Origin: Somniosus microcephalus
Taxonomy: Eukaryota
Direction: 5' to 3'
Length of the DNA stretch: 64,000 nt
Assembly: GCA_052327205.1 (NCBI GenBank)
Contig: JBMRGM010000040.1
Location: 35,960,001-36,024,000, forward strand
Shown here: positions 27,401-41,436 of the stretch, piece by piece
Layout: the number at the start of each line of letters is the position of its first letter
How positions within the stretch are numbered: position 1 is the stretch's first letter
Made by a program: the position numbers and the translations under genes
The notes under the pieces: generated by a model
Seen by the model: only the letters and a program-made list of their open reading frames with translations
Told to the model about the DNA's origin: nothing
Database searches by the model: none

Positions 27401-27738
27401 AAACTAGGAGCTGCTTTAAGCCACTGAGCTACCGGAGATCGGAGACCAACGGACTCAGTCCCAGTTTCCCACTTATCTTTGCCCACTCATTTATCTCACA
27501 GACCCGGAATCCAGTAATTTAGGAATAAAATTGTTCACGACTCACCAAACAGCATTAACATGGCGGCTCTCTCCATGTTCTAGTGTTACCTGCGTTGAGA
27601 CTTGAGAGCTGTAAGAAAAGCAACTGAGTCTCTTGCTCCACTTCGCAGAAGATCATTCCCGGAAGCGTGGAGGCAATGAGAGCAGAAAGAGAGCCTGGGA
27701 GGAATTGAGGTGGTCCCCAAAATTAAAGCAACAACACT
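24480..27738 (+). repeat. Segmental duplication copy 2 (includes old CR1 at 24480-25960)
   Basis: Collinear with 6255-9990. Confidence 0.85.
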
Positions 27739-28134
27739 GAGTTATTTTTACATGCTGGAATGCAATATGGTTTGGAAAGTTGAAAGGTCCAACGTGACAA
27801 CGTTGGATTATTAGACACTAATCACTGGCAACACAAATCAGGAGGGTTGAGAAACGGGCCTCCAAATCTCTACCGCCCGTTTTCCACCCGGCGGTGTGAC
27901 AATTCACCCCATACTGTAGACTATCATTCTCTTCCCTGAAGGAGATTAATTATCCAGTTGACTTTTTACGACCTCCCGCTTGTTTCATGGTTATTTTCCT
28001 GCCGCCAGCCCATCAATTGCCCTAATTCAAGATTCAGTTTCCTAACCTGTTACAGTGAGGTTATGAATTCATTCACCTCTGGGCAGCTGGTTGTCTGGGA
28101 TTGACATTACAGAATACACACATGTTTGCCTCGA

Positions 28135-31100
28135 AAATCATAGAATCGTAGAATTATAGAAACAAATACACACTTAAGGAGACCATTCGGCCCAACGTAT
28201 CCGTGCTAACCAGCCTAATCACACCTACTACCACTAGTTCCGTAGCCCTGTAGGTTATGGCTCTTCAAGTGCATAATCAAGTGCTTTTTAAATGTGATGA
28301 GGGTTTCTCCCTCTATCAACCTTTCAGGCAGTGAGTTCCAACTTCGCACCACCCTCTGGGTGGAAAACGTTTTCCTCAGCACCCTCTTATTCTTTTACCA
28401 ACTCCTTTAAATGTATGCCCCCTGGGTCTTGTCCCCTCTACTAACTGAAAGAGCTCAATCCCATCCACACTATCTAGGCTGCTCATAATATTGTACATCT
28501 CAAATAAACCTCCCCTCAGCCTCCTCTGTTTTAAGGAAAACAACCCCAGCCTATTCAATCTTTCCTCATAACTATTTTTTTCCAGTCAACGCAACATCCT
28601 CGTAAAACTCCGCTGCACCGACTCTAGTGTAATCACATTCTTCCTGTAATAGGGTGACCAGAACTGCACGCAGTATCAAGCTGTGGCCGAATGAGTATTG
28701 TATACAGTACTAGCACAACTTTCCTGCTCTTTTATTCTATGCATCGGCTAATAGAGGAAAACATTCAACAAGACTTTTTAACTACTTTTTCAACGTGTCC
28801 TACAGCCTTTCAGGATCTGTGTACATATACGCCAAGCTCGCTCTGTTCCTCCACACCTCTCTGTATCCTCCCATTACTTGTCTATTCCCTTGCCTTGTTG
28901 CCCATCCGCAAATGCATTGCCTCACACTTTTCCGGACTGAATTCCATTTGCCTCCTTTCTGCCTAACTGACCAGTTTGTCGATATCTTCCTGCAGTCTAA
29001 AGCTTTCCTCCTCACGGTCAACCACACAGCCAATTTCTTTGTCATCTGCAAATGTCTTTATCAAGCCCACTTTAGTTCTAACTAAATCATTAATATATAC
29101 CACAAAAATAAGGGACCGAGCAATGAGCCCTTTGGAACACCACTGGAAACAGCTTACCAGTCGCACAAACACCCCTCAACGATTACGCTTTGCTTCCTGC
29201 CACTCACCCAATATTGAATCTAATTTGCCACTCTCCCTTGGATCCCGTGGGCTTTTTATTTTTGGATCAGCCTGCCAACCGGGATCTTGTGAAAAGTCTT
29301 GCTATAAGCCATCTGGACAACATGAAACGCACTGCCCTCACAGAGCCTCCATGTTACCTCCTCATAGAATTCAATCTGGTAATTCGGACACGATCTTCCC
29401 TTAAAAAAACCATGCTGACTGTTCTTGATTAATCTGTGTCTTTCTAAATGAAGGTTTATACTGTCCTTCAGAATTGATTCCAGTAATTTGCCCACCACCA
29501 CGGTTAAACTAACTGGCCTGTAATTGCATGTTTTATCCCTTCCTCCCTTTTTAAATAATGGTACAAAGTTAGCCGTTCTTTTATTCTGTGGCACTATTCC
29601 TGCAGCCAGGTCGGATTGTGAAATTATGGTCAAAGCCACCGCAATTTCCTCACTTGCTTCTTTTAATAGCCTCTGATATATTTCATCTGGACCTGGCGAC
29701 TTATCTAATACCAACGACGCTCAACCCCTTAATACAAGGCTGCTCAACACTTTAATGTCTCCTCCGCCTCCACGCATAGATCACCACTTTGTTCCCGGAT
29801 AGGCCCGACTATCTTTCCAATTATCCTTTAAGTTTTATGTAATTATAAAAGATCTTTGTGTATTCTTTGATTCTACCAGTATTATTTCATGCCCACTTCT
29901 GCTTTCCTAATTTCCTTCTTAATTTCACCCTATATTTTCTAAATTCTTCTTGGCTTTCTGCAGATTTGAACTTAGGGTATCTGCTATAGGCTTCCCTTTT
30001 TTTGCCTTACCTTACCCTGTATGCACCTTGTCATCTAGGGGGCTCTAATTTGGGCAGTTCCTTCGGGGAACATGTTTACCCTAAACTCCATTTATCTCCC
30101 TCTTGAATGCCATCACCGGTCTGACACTGATTTACCATCAAGTAACTGTTTCTAGTCTACTTTTGCTAAATCACTTCTCAGCCTAGTAAAATTGGCCTTA
30201 GAACATAAGAAATAGGAGCAGGAGTATCCACACGGCCCCTCGGGCCTGCTCCACCATTCAAGAGGATCATGGCTGATCGGAATCTAGACTCACATCCGCT
30301 TCCCTGCCCTCTCCCCATAACCCCCAATTCCCTAATCTGCTAGGAAAATGTCTATCTCCATTTTAAATGTATTTAATGTTGCAGCTTCCACAGCTCTCTG
30401 GGGTAGCAAATTCCATAGATTTACTACCCTCTAAGTGAAGAATTTTCTCCTCATCTCAGTTTTGAAAGGGCAGCCCCTTATTCAAGGATTAGTTCTAAAC
30501 TCATCCTTCAGTGGAAACATCCTCACCGCATCCACCCGATCAAGCCCCCTCACAATCTTTTATGTTTTGATAAGATCGCCTCTCATTCTTCTGAACTCCA
30601 ATGTGTAGAGTCCCAACCTACTCAACCTTTCCTCATATGTCAACCCCCTCATCTCCGGAATCAACCGAGTGAACCTTCTCTGAACTGCCTCGAGAGCAAG
30701 TATATCTTTTCTTCAATATGGAAACCAAAACTGCACTTTAACTTAGAAGCCTTTCCCCATGTTTTTTATTTGTCCTTATCCGTAATTATGCAAAAACTAA
30801 ATGAATTATGATCACCATTACAAAAATGCTCTCCACCTAATAATCCTTCCACCTGGCCAGCTATTTTCACTAAAACTAAATCGAGAACTGCGCCCCCTCC
30901 TTTTGTGTTTGCTACGTATTGGCTAAAATGGTTCTCTAGAATACCATTTAGGAAGTCTGTGCCTTCTATACGTTTTACACTGGTAGTATCCCATTTAATA
31001 TTGGTGTAATTGAAATCCCCCACTATTATTGCCTAATATTTTTGCACTTGTCAGAAAGTTGCATACAAATTTGCTCTGTTAACTCCATCGGACTCTTTGG

Positions 31101-31700
31101 CGTTCTATAGCATACACCCAGCAGTCTGATTGACCCTTGTTTGTTAGTTAGTTCAACCGATGTGGCATCATTTGATGATCTTCCCAAAATATCACAACTC
31201 CACACAACTGAAATTGACTCTTTAATCAATATGGCACCCACCGTTGATGTTCTCACTGCCTCTCTATCTCGCTTGAAAATGCTGCGACCAGTATGCCATT
31301 ACTACCCATCTTTCTGCCATGCGTCAGTAATGGCTTTCTTATTATACACCCACCTGTCTATTTGTGCCAAGAGCTCATCTCCTTTATTTCCTAGACTCCT
31401 TTCCTTGAAGTATATAACATTCAGCCTTGCCAAACTGCCTTGTTGTCTATTTGCTAGCCCTTGTTTCCTCTGCTTTCCCAACTCGCTAAACTAATTTTCT
31501 ACCGCAATTTCCAGCTTTGCTTCTCTCCCTTCTGAAAATAATCTCAGGTTCCCATCGCCCTGCCGAGCTAGTTCAAACCCTCCCCAACAGCACGAGCAAA
31601 CCAGGACACACCCCCCACCCCCGACCCGCCCCCATTCCCTCGCGAAAATATTTGAAGCGGCTCTGTTGAGGTGTCAACCGTCCGGCTCGTACAGGTTCGA
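28135..31700 (-). mobile_element. Long CR1 LINE (endonuclease plus RT) with nested CR1 3' end at ~30200-30737
   Basis: GDFNY, LDLVL and GDHN endonuclease motifs; KSPGPD, YRPVSLT and FADD motifs; second tail agaacataagaaataggagcagg at 30200. Confidence 0.9.
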
Positions 31701-31723
31701 CTAGCACCAGAAACGGTCTTATA

Positions 31724-34700
31724 ATCATAGAGTTATGCAGCACAGAAAGTGGCCCATCGGACAATGGTGTCCGCGTCGGCCATCAAGCCCCATCTGTTCT
31801 AATCCCATTCCCAGCACTTGGCCCGTAGCCTTGTATGCTATGGCGTTTCAAGTGCCCACTTAAATGCTGCTTCATGAATCTTGTGAGGGTTCCTGCCTCT
31901 ACCACCCTTTCAGGCAATGAGTTCCAGATTCCAACCACGCTCTGGGAGAAAAAGCATTTCCTCAAATCCCCTCTAAACCTCCTGCCCCTTACATTGAATC
32001 TAAACCCCCTGGATATTGACCCCTCTACTAGGGGAAAAGTTCCTTTCTATCTACCCAATCTATGCCATTCATAATTTTATACACCTCAATCAGGTACCGC
32101 ATCAGCCTTCCCTGCTCTAAGGAAATCAACCCCAGCCTCTCCAGTCTCTCTTCATAGCAGCAGCACCTCAGCCCATGTAACATCCTGGTGAATCTCCACT
32201 GCACCCTCTCCAATGCAATCACATCCTTCCCAAAGTGCAGTGACCATAACTGCACACAGTATTCCAGCTGTGGCCTAACCAACGTTTTATAAAGCTCCAT
32301 CATAACTTCACTTATATTCGATGCCTCGAGTAATGAAGGCAAGTATCCTACATGAATTTTAAAAATCTTATCAAAATGTCCTGCTTCCTTTCGGTATCAA
32401 TGTACATGCAGACCAAGATCTCTCTGATCCTCTATCCTTCCTAGGGTCCTACCATTCACTGTGTATTCCGTTGCCTTGTTAGTCCTCCCTAAATGCATCA
32501 CTTCACACTTTAAAGGGTTAAATTCCATTTGCCTCTCTTCTTCCCATCTAAGCAAACCTTCAATAACGTCCTGTAGCCTCAGGCTTCTCTCCTCGCTATT
32601 TACCACTCCCCCAATATTCGTGTCATCTGCGAACTTAATGATCATACCTGCTAAATAGAAATATAAAAGGTAGGAGCAGGAGTAGGCCATTCGACCCCTC
32701 GACACTTCTCCGCCATTCAATACGATCAGGGCTGATCTTTCAAATTCAGTACACTGTCCCTGCTTTCTCCCCATATCCCTTGCTCCCTTTAGCCTCAAGA
32801 AATATATCCAAATCCTTCTTGAATATATTTAATGAATTGGCCCCTATTGACTTCTGCTGTAGATCATTCCACAGGTTCACCAGTCTCTGGGTGAAGAAAT
32901 TCCTTCGCATCTCTGTCCTAAATGGCTTACCTATTATCCTTAGATTGTGACCCCTGGATCTTGACTACCTGTCCATCGGGAACATCCATTCTGCATGTAA
33001 TTTGTCTAGTCCTGTTAGAATTTCATAATTTTCAATGAGATCGCCTCTCATTCTTCCATAGTCCAGCGAGTACAAACCCAATCGACCCAATCTCTCCTCA
33101 TACTTCATTCTTGCCATCCCAGCTATCAGCCTGGAGAATCTTCACTGCACTCCTTCCATGGCAAGAACATCCTTCCTCAGATTAGGCGAACAAACCGCAC
33201 ACAATACTCAAGATGTGATCTCACCAAGGCCCAGTACAACTGCAGCAAGACATCCTTGTTCCTGTACTCAAAACCTTCTCGCTATGAAGGCCCACATACC
33301 ATTTGCCTTCTTACCCGCCTGCTGCACCTGCATGCTTCCCTTCAGCGACTGGTGCACAAGGACGCCCAGGTCTCGTTGCACTTGCCCTTCTCCCAATCTA
33401 TTGCCATTCAGATAATAATATGCTTTCTTGTTTTTGACACCATCGTGGGTAACCTCGCATTTATCCACGTTATATTGCATCTGCCATGCTTCTGCCCAAT
33501 CAACCAACCTGTCCAAACCATACTGGAGTTTCGCAGCATCATCCTCATAGCACACACGCCCACCCATCTTTGTGTCATCTGCAAACATGGAGATATTACA
33601 TCTAGTTCCATCGTCCAGGTCATTAACATATATTGCGAATAGCTGGGGTCCAAGGACAGATCCGTTCAATACCCCACTAATCACTGCCTGCAACTCGGAA
33701 AAAGAGCCATTTATTCCAGCTCTTTGCTTTCTGTCTGCCAACCAGTTCTCTATCCAAGTCAATACCTTGCCCCCAATTCCATGTGCTTTAAATTTACACG
33801 CTAATCTCTTATGCAGGACCTTATCAAAAGCCTATTGAAATTCCACTTTCACCACATCCACTGGTTCTCCCTTGTCTATTTTACCAGTTACATCCTCAAA
33901 AATTCCAGTAGATTAGTCAAGCACGATTTAACTTTTGTAAATCCATGTTGACTTTGTCCGAAACAGTCACTGTTTTCCAAGTGCTCTGCTATTACATCAT
34001 TTATATTGGACTCTATCATTTTCCCCACTACCGATGTCAGGCTTACCAGTCTGTAATTCCCCGTTTTCTCTCTACCACACTTTTTGAACAGTGGGTTAAC
34101 ATTAGCTACTCTCCAATCCATGGGTAATGTTCCAGAATCTATTGAATTTTGGAAGCTGACCAGCAATGCATCTACTATTTCTAGGGCCACATCCTCAAAT
34201 ACCCTAGGATGTCGATTATCAGGCCCTGGGGATTTATCGGCCTTCAATCTTGTCAATTTCTCTAACACCATTTCCCTACAAATACTGATTTCTATCATTT
34301 CCTTCCTTTCATTAGACCCTATGCTCCGTGACATCTCTAGGAGGTTATTTGTGTCCTCCTTTGTGAAGATAGAACAAAGTATGTATTTAACTGGCCCGCC
34401 ATTTTTTTGTTCTCCATTATAAATTCCCCTGATTCTGAATGCAAGGGACCTACGCTTGACTTCACCAAACTTTTTCTCCTCACATATCTACAACAGCTTT
34501 TACAGTCAGTTTTAATGTTCGCTGCAACCTAACTCTCACACTCTATTTCCCCCCTCTTAATTAATCCCTTCCCCTCCTTTGTTGAAACCTAAGTTGCTCC
34601 CAATCCTCAGGTTTACTGCTTTTTCTGGCTACTTTTTCTGCCCTCTCCTTGGTTCTTATGCTATCTCTAATTTCCCTTGTTCACCACGGTTGAATCACCT

Positions 34701-36300
34701 TTTTTGTTTTATTTTTATGCCAAACTGGGATTAACAAATTCTGTAGTTCATCCATGCGATCTTTGAATGTTTGCCATTGCCGATCCACCGTCAACCATTT
34801 GAGTGACATTCCCCAATCAATCCTACCCAACGCGCACCTCATACCATCTTAGTTTCCTTTATTTAAATTCAGGACCCTGGTCTCTGAGGCAACAACTTCA
34901 CTCTCCATCTTAATGAAGAATTATACATTCATATCTAAATCATTAATGTACACTACAAACAGCAAAGGACCCAGCACCGATCCCTGCGGTATAGCACTGG
35001 ACACATTCTTCCAGTCACTAATACAACCTTCGACCATTACAATTTGCCTCCTGCCACTAATCCAATTTTGGATCCAATGTGCCTAATTGCCCTGGATCCC
35101 ATGGGCTCTTACCTTCTTGACCAGTCTCCCATGCGAGACTTTATCAAAAGCCTTACTGAAGTCCATGTAGACTACATCCACTGCACTACCCTCATCCATG
35201 CATCTAGTCAACCCCACGAAAAATTCAATCAAATTGGTTAGACATGATCTCCCACTGACAAAGCCATGCTGGCTATACTTGATTGATTCTTGCCTCTCCC
35301 TGTGGAGAATAATTGCATCCCTCAGACTTTTTTCCCCAATTATTTCACTACCGCTGATGTTATGCTCACTGACCAGTAATTCCCAATGCCTCAGAAATCT
35401 AAAGCCCTCGCTCCTGCAACGTCTCTCCAGCCACACAATCATCTGATCTACTAGACTCTCTCTGTACTCACTGGCACGTGGCACCTGGAGTAACCCGGGG
35501 ATTGCTATCTTTAAAGACCTGCTTTTTAGTCTATTCTTGCTCCCTAAAAGCTGCCTGCAGGACTTCATCCGTCGTTCTACTTATTATGTTGTTACCGATA
35601 TGGACTAAGGCCTCTGGCTGCTCACCGTCCTCCCTCAGAATGTCCTTCAGCTGTTCAGTGACATCCATCGACCTCACCATTAGGCAGAGCTGAAAATCGG
35701 TTACCGAGCGAGATGCGCTCAGGGGATTCCTGCCCTACCTGCCTGGTCCTCCTCCTCTGTTTGCCATTTACACATTTCATCTCTGCCTGCACACTAATAA
35801 GCTGGGAGATGACCACCTCCTGAAACGTGCTATCCACAAGTTCTCAGCCTTGCGAAAGAACTGCAGTGTCCCCAACTGCCGCTCACGATCCGAAACCGGG
35901 AACTCGACCTGCTGTAACTGGAGGCACTTCCCATTCACGTTGTCGTCCAGGCTAGGAGAAGCATCCAGGGGTTCTTGCTTGTGACAGGATGTGCACTCCA
36001 TGGGACTGAGCTGCCCTGCCAAGCCTCTATTTATTTGATACATTAACAAAACATTTAGTATTCCCATTTGCCCTAAATTAAAGTCTAAACAACATTAGTC
36101 AAGTAAAAAAAACTATGACGCTTACCAGAGCGGAATCTGAATTGACAGGAAATCGATACAACCATTGACAACCAATCTGTTACCACCTCTCCTATGACAT
36201 CAATTCCTGTGTTTATTTTCCCCCTCACCGCTGCTTCTGTCAGTGAGTCTGGGTCTCACTTTCTCTCCCGCAGCTTAAATCCTCGGTGTGCTTGCTCAGT
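31724..36300 (-). mobile_element. CR1 LINE (3' end to ORF1/5' region, internally deleted) with nested CR1 at 32654-34922
   Basis: Host breaks at atcatacctgcta (32653) and resumes at atacattcatatct (~34923). ORF1-like CTSC and GFRFLRHW remnants at 35400-36060. Confidence 0.85.
32654..34922 (-). mobile_element. Nested CR1 LINE (same subfamily as 15845-17657)
   Basis: ADKSPGPDN, YRLVSLTSVVGK and FADDTK motifs; near-collinear with 15845-17657. Confidence 0.9.
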
Positions 36301-39300
36301 AAATGGAAACTGCTCCACTCGAGAGATTCTGTGTTTGTTTTTTCTGTGATAATAAAGTGTGAGTACGATCACAACAACCTAACACCATCCTGGGGCTGGA
36401 GGCATCTGACGGTTGTTTTTAGACATCCTCAAATATGTACCAGATTCCTGTGTTGAGAAATTGTAGCCTACCTGTTTAGTCAGCTTTATTTCCAGTCCCG
36501 CTCAGAACCTCCGCTCAGAGGGGACCAGCCACAAGGGCTGATGACAGATTCCTAATGCACACTTCAAAGTGTTGCCACCACCTGGAGAAACAACAACTGG
36601 GAGACATCGTTCGGCCCATCTGCCTCATTCTCCTGCCTTTACAATGACTACGCATGTTCTGAGCACAGATACTCCACCACTATCCCAGGGGAAGCTTTGG
36701 GAATTCTAGGGATGGAGGGACAGCGTCACGTGTCTCCACCCTTTTCGCCAGCTTTGCAACTCGGGACAACGATTCTCCAAATGAATAGTAATGGAATTCA
36801 GGGGCCTGAATCACATCCGACAATTCCTCCTCCTTCCCTTATATGATGCAATCCGGGGCATTGTCCTTTGTCCCCAGACACATGATATCCCTCTGTGACA
36901 GGTAGCCAGCGACTCCCTACGCCTCCTTAAATGACCCCAGAGTGTTGCCACTCTCAACTGCTTGTCCAACCGTGAAATCTCGCTGAGTCAACATTCGCTC
37001 CAGATTAATGTCAGGCAGACTGATGCTGCCCTCTATTACTCCCACGAGCACCATCGCAATAGCAGCATTGACTTTATCAGTCAACCCAAAGCAACCTCAT
37101 GATAAGTCCATTAGTGTGGAACCTTTGTGTCCTGCTCGACCCAGAAAAAAGCTTCCTCACCCCACTCCCAATCCATTACCAGCCTGTTATAGATCACCAC
37201 CAATACATTGCCTGCTCACCCACCGCTGCCAAAACCATTATTCAACCTTCATCACTTCGATGTCCAAAGTCTCCAGCGCTCTCCTTACCATTCTCCCCAC
37301 AACAGCTTCACAAACTAAACCGTAACCAGAATTCCACAGTACCCATCTTGAAATGAAAAAAAGTCAGTCCCGTGTTGTGCCTTCATGCGATGTTCCACTC
37401 CCCCCCTGTGCTCCTGTGAGTTGATATGTAGATCGTTGCCCACCCCCTCCAATCGCATTGTGTCTGACTTCCATCCAACCACAGCGATCTCCTACAGCGA
37501 TCATTCCCAATGCGGGCTCTCCACTTCTCGCTGCGCTCCTGTGGCACTGCATTATTCCTCAGCAACCGCTGCTCCTGCTCCACCATCGCAAGATGTTCCT
37601 CAAGGAACTGCGCCCACAGCATCTGGAACTCCAGCCCTCAACTAGTCCCCATATACCCTGCCTCAAAAACCCTCCTCAATAACCTTCTCCCTCACTCAGT
37701 GCTCAACACGCTATACCATTTACAATGTTTCTCACATGCTTGCCCCAGTGGGTGCCCCTGCCATATACACAATATTCTGTGCCATCTCTCTGTATATGCG
37801 GAGTACCATACTAATTTAAGTTGTCATGGCTGAAGTGAGTAGTCAGATGTGTGCAGAGCTATTGTGCATTGGTACTCCGCAACTTGGGGTGGAGGCTGTT
37901 GTGCTTGCCCCTCGGTGTTCACCCGCTACACCCTCGTCGCACTGGAAGTGATAATGGTGCTTACCAAAGGAGGAGAGGAACCATTACAGGCCGAGAGATA
38001 ATGGGCAACAGTCGTACCAGTCCTAGCGGCTGGTTTGAGTCGAGAATCTGTACCTGGAATAGAATAGGGCACTACTTGTAACTCTGATTATAATCATGTT
38101 CACTATATTTGTAATTAATAGTATTTGATTAAATAACTTTAATATTAATTTGTGCGTTTCTGTCCTTTCCTCTATTTGGATGGAGTAAATTCACTCACAG
38201 TGTCAGCTGCCAACTCCAGCTCCTTCCCACGGTAATGACAACTGATGAACCGTAACCAGGGTCTGAAACCAGTCTCCTGCTGACAGCACAAACGGTGCCA
38301 GCAGACAATCACACAGCAGCCAGCACAGGCTCCGCACACTGGCGGTAAGACAGGGTCACATGGCAAGGCTCTGCACGTGGTGCAATGTCACTGGACTGGA
38401 GCACATGTGACAGGATCAGCTCTATAGTGTGATGAACCTGCCTCAGACCCCAGATCCTGTCTAACGACGTACCAAGCTGGTAGCACAACCACCAAAAATT
38501 AGCCTTCATTAATCCTGTCTCCTGACCTCGTTATGTGAACTCTCACTACTCTATGCCCTTCCCACCACTCGTCCTCCTCTTGCTTCATTGAACCAAAGAT
38601 CCGACCAGCAGACTTATGAGCAGGATGCGGTAAATAATGTTTTGCTGCTGGTGGAGGAAATTGTCACAAGGGCAGTGTTGGTGTCTTTAGATAGACCAGC
38701 AAGATGGACGCCTGAGCATCTTACAACCAGGAATATTTAGTACACAATCCCGCCCTTTTCTTTGCAGGTCTGCGTTATCGCTACTGCATCATCTTCAAAT
38801 TTGGCTACTTGAGCCTACAGCTCACCACTTTTTGTGCGTTTACATACATGCACTGTAAATCTATCTTAGAACTTTTTATATTCTCTTAATGTCTGACCTT
38901 CTCTAATAACGTACTATTTCTTACTCGAGTGCTATATTTCTCTCCCAAAACTTTGTGCACCTTGTTTCTCCTTCCTAATTTTACACCCTGGTGTCCGACC
39001 CACTGCCAAATTAGTTTAAATCATCCCCAACAGCACTATGGAACGGCTCACTCGGCGCCACCCTCAGCGAAAACATTGGTCCCGGTTCTGTTGAGGTACA
39101 AACCGTCAGTCCTGCAAAGGGCTCATCTCCCAGAAGCGGTCCCAAGGTCCAATGAATCTGAAGCTCTCTCGCCAACTTTCCAGCCATGCATTTATCTGCT
39201 CTCTCCCCCTACGTGTATACAAGTTTACCAAAAGTTTCCTTTTTCTGTTTAATTTTAATCTCTATGGTTTTCGTCATCCAGAGAGCTCTATGTATGGAAT

Positions 39301-39412
39301 CCCTTCTTTTGCTATTGTTGTGTGTAGGATTCATGCATGTGGGAATCTGTTATACCCTCTAATCATGGTTCCTGCCTGGGTTTGTAATTTTAAATATATC
39401 AGAACACACAAA

Positions 39413-39443
<31 letters not shown>

Positions 39444-39446
39444 ACT

Positions 39447-41297
39447 CAATTTCAATTCAATTCAAATTGCTTTATTGGCATGACAAAGTACATCTTATGT
39501 TGCAAAAGCACCAAAGAAACATTTATGGTGGAACACATAAACGCAGATCTATCCATACAGTGTATAAACATATATATCCCTGTGTGTATAAATATACACT
39601 CATATAATATGCATATAATTTTTTCTTAGGTTTAATGGTTGTCTCTCTGCATATGGCAAGCTGTAACATAGTGTGCCGCTAATTTACACAATTTCTCTTT
39701 TCCTCTAATAAGTATGGGAGTTTTTGGTCGTCATTCAAATTTTTGAATTCAGGGCATATTTTTATGAATTTTGGGTAGATATTCCCCCTTTTGCCCTGAT
39801 AGTTTCCCCAAGCTATGCGGAAGTGCATCTCTGTCTCCACCACTCCCTGACTGCAGTGAGAGCATATCCTGCCCTCTCTTGGCAGCCAGGTCTGCCTGTG
39901 TCTGCCTTTTTCGATGGCCAGACTATGCTAACTAAGTCTGTACATAGTCAAGGTTTTTCTCAATTTGCTATCTTTTACCGTGGTCAGGTATTCAGCCATG
40001 GTGTAATGTCTGTTTAGGGCCAAGGAGCAATCGAGTTTGTTTTGGGTTTTTGTTGTTTCTGTCCAATAGGTCAGATATTTTTCCTTTTGTTTAGTGACAA
40101 TTGTGTTGGGTCGAATTCTCTGTGCTACGATGTCACTGTCCTGGAGCTGGTTATTATTAGTACTGTTAGTAGTTACATCACTGAGTCCCAGGACTAGTTG
40201 ACTGAGGGGACTCTTCTTTATGATCCTCTCTTGGCATTTCAGGGCTTCGTAACGATAGCAGTGGGGGTTGCTCATTTTTAGGTGTTTCCAAGATTTGGTG
40301 GCTCTTTTTTGGATATTGATTAGTAGTGGATATTGGCCTAGTTCTGCCCTGCATGCATTGTTTGCGGTTTTCCTCTGAGTCCGGAGGATGCTTTTACAGA
40401 ATTCTGCATGTAGGATCTCAATTGGGTGTTTGTCCCATTTTGCTAATTCTTGTTGTGTTAGCGGACCACACACCTCACTGCCAGGGAGTTCAATTGGTTC
40501 AATGACTGATTTAAATTTTTTGAGCCAAATGCCAATTGGGATTTCTATTTGTATTGATATTTTAATGGCATAGAAAGCCCTTTTTGCTTTCTCTTTCAGT
40601 TCATTCACATCCAGATGAAAATTTCCCATAGAACTGATTTTTAAGCCTAAGTATGTGTAGTTTGTAGTTTGTTAAATTTTAGTTGTTCCTAGTGTGAAAT
40701 TTATTCTGGGTCCCTGATGTCTGAATCTTTGCTGGAACACAAGAACTTTGTTTTGTTGGGGGTTTATTGTCTGGGCCCAGGTCTGACAGAACGAATCTAG
40801 CAGATCCAGGTTCTGCTGTGGACACTCCTCTGTTGGTGAGAGCAGGACCAGGTCATCTGCATAGAGGAGGAATTTAACCTTTGAGTCATCTAGTGCGAGG
40901 CCAGGTGCTGTAGATCGTCCAAATAGTTTTGCCAATTCATTTATGTAAATATTAAAGAGTGTCGGTGAGATGGGCGAGACCTGCGCCACACCACACCCCT
41001 TGAGAAGTATTTTGTTTATTTGTCTCCAATTTTAACTGCACATTTATTGTTTGTATACATTGATTTAATTACATCATATGTTTTTCCCCCTACACCACTT
41101 TCAATAAGTTTCAAGAATAGACCATCGTGCCAAATAGAATCGAAAGCCTTCTGGAAATCTATTATGCAGGCAAAAATTTTGCTTTTGTTTTGGTGAACAT
41201 GTTTGCCAATTAGGGTGTGTGGAGTGAAGATATGATCCGATGTTACATAATTTGGTAAGTACCCAATTTGGATTTTACTCAATACATTTTGCTCCTC
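39447..41297 (-). mobile_element. RTE-X-like LINE (RT plus C-terminus), truncated by assembly gap
   Basis: DFQKAFDSIWH, SPTLFNIYINEL, LLYADDLVLL and ACRAELGQYPL motifs; AATAAA then (TTGAA)n tail abutting (GA)n. Confidence 0.8.
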
Positions 41298-41436
41298 NNN
41301 NNNNNNNNNNNNNNNNNNNNNNNNNNNNNNNNNNNNNNNNNNNNNNNNNNNNNNNNNNNNNNNNNNNNNNNNNNNNNNNNNNNNNNNNNNNNNNNNNNNN
41401 NNNNNNNNNNNNNNNNNNNNNNNNNNNNNNNNNNNN
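41298..41436. other. Assembly gap
   Basis: Run of N. Confidence 1.

Noticed and set aside
36300-38900. Short ORFs and possible exons
   Set aside because: Appear to be mixed decayed LINE fragments; no recognisable domain or consistent splice pattern.
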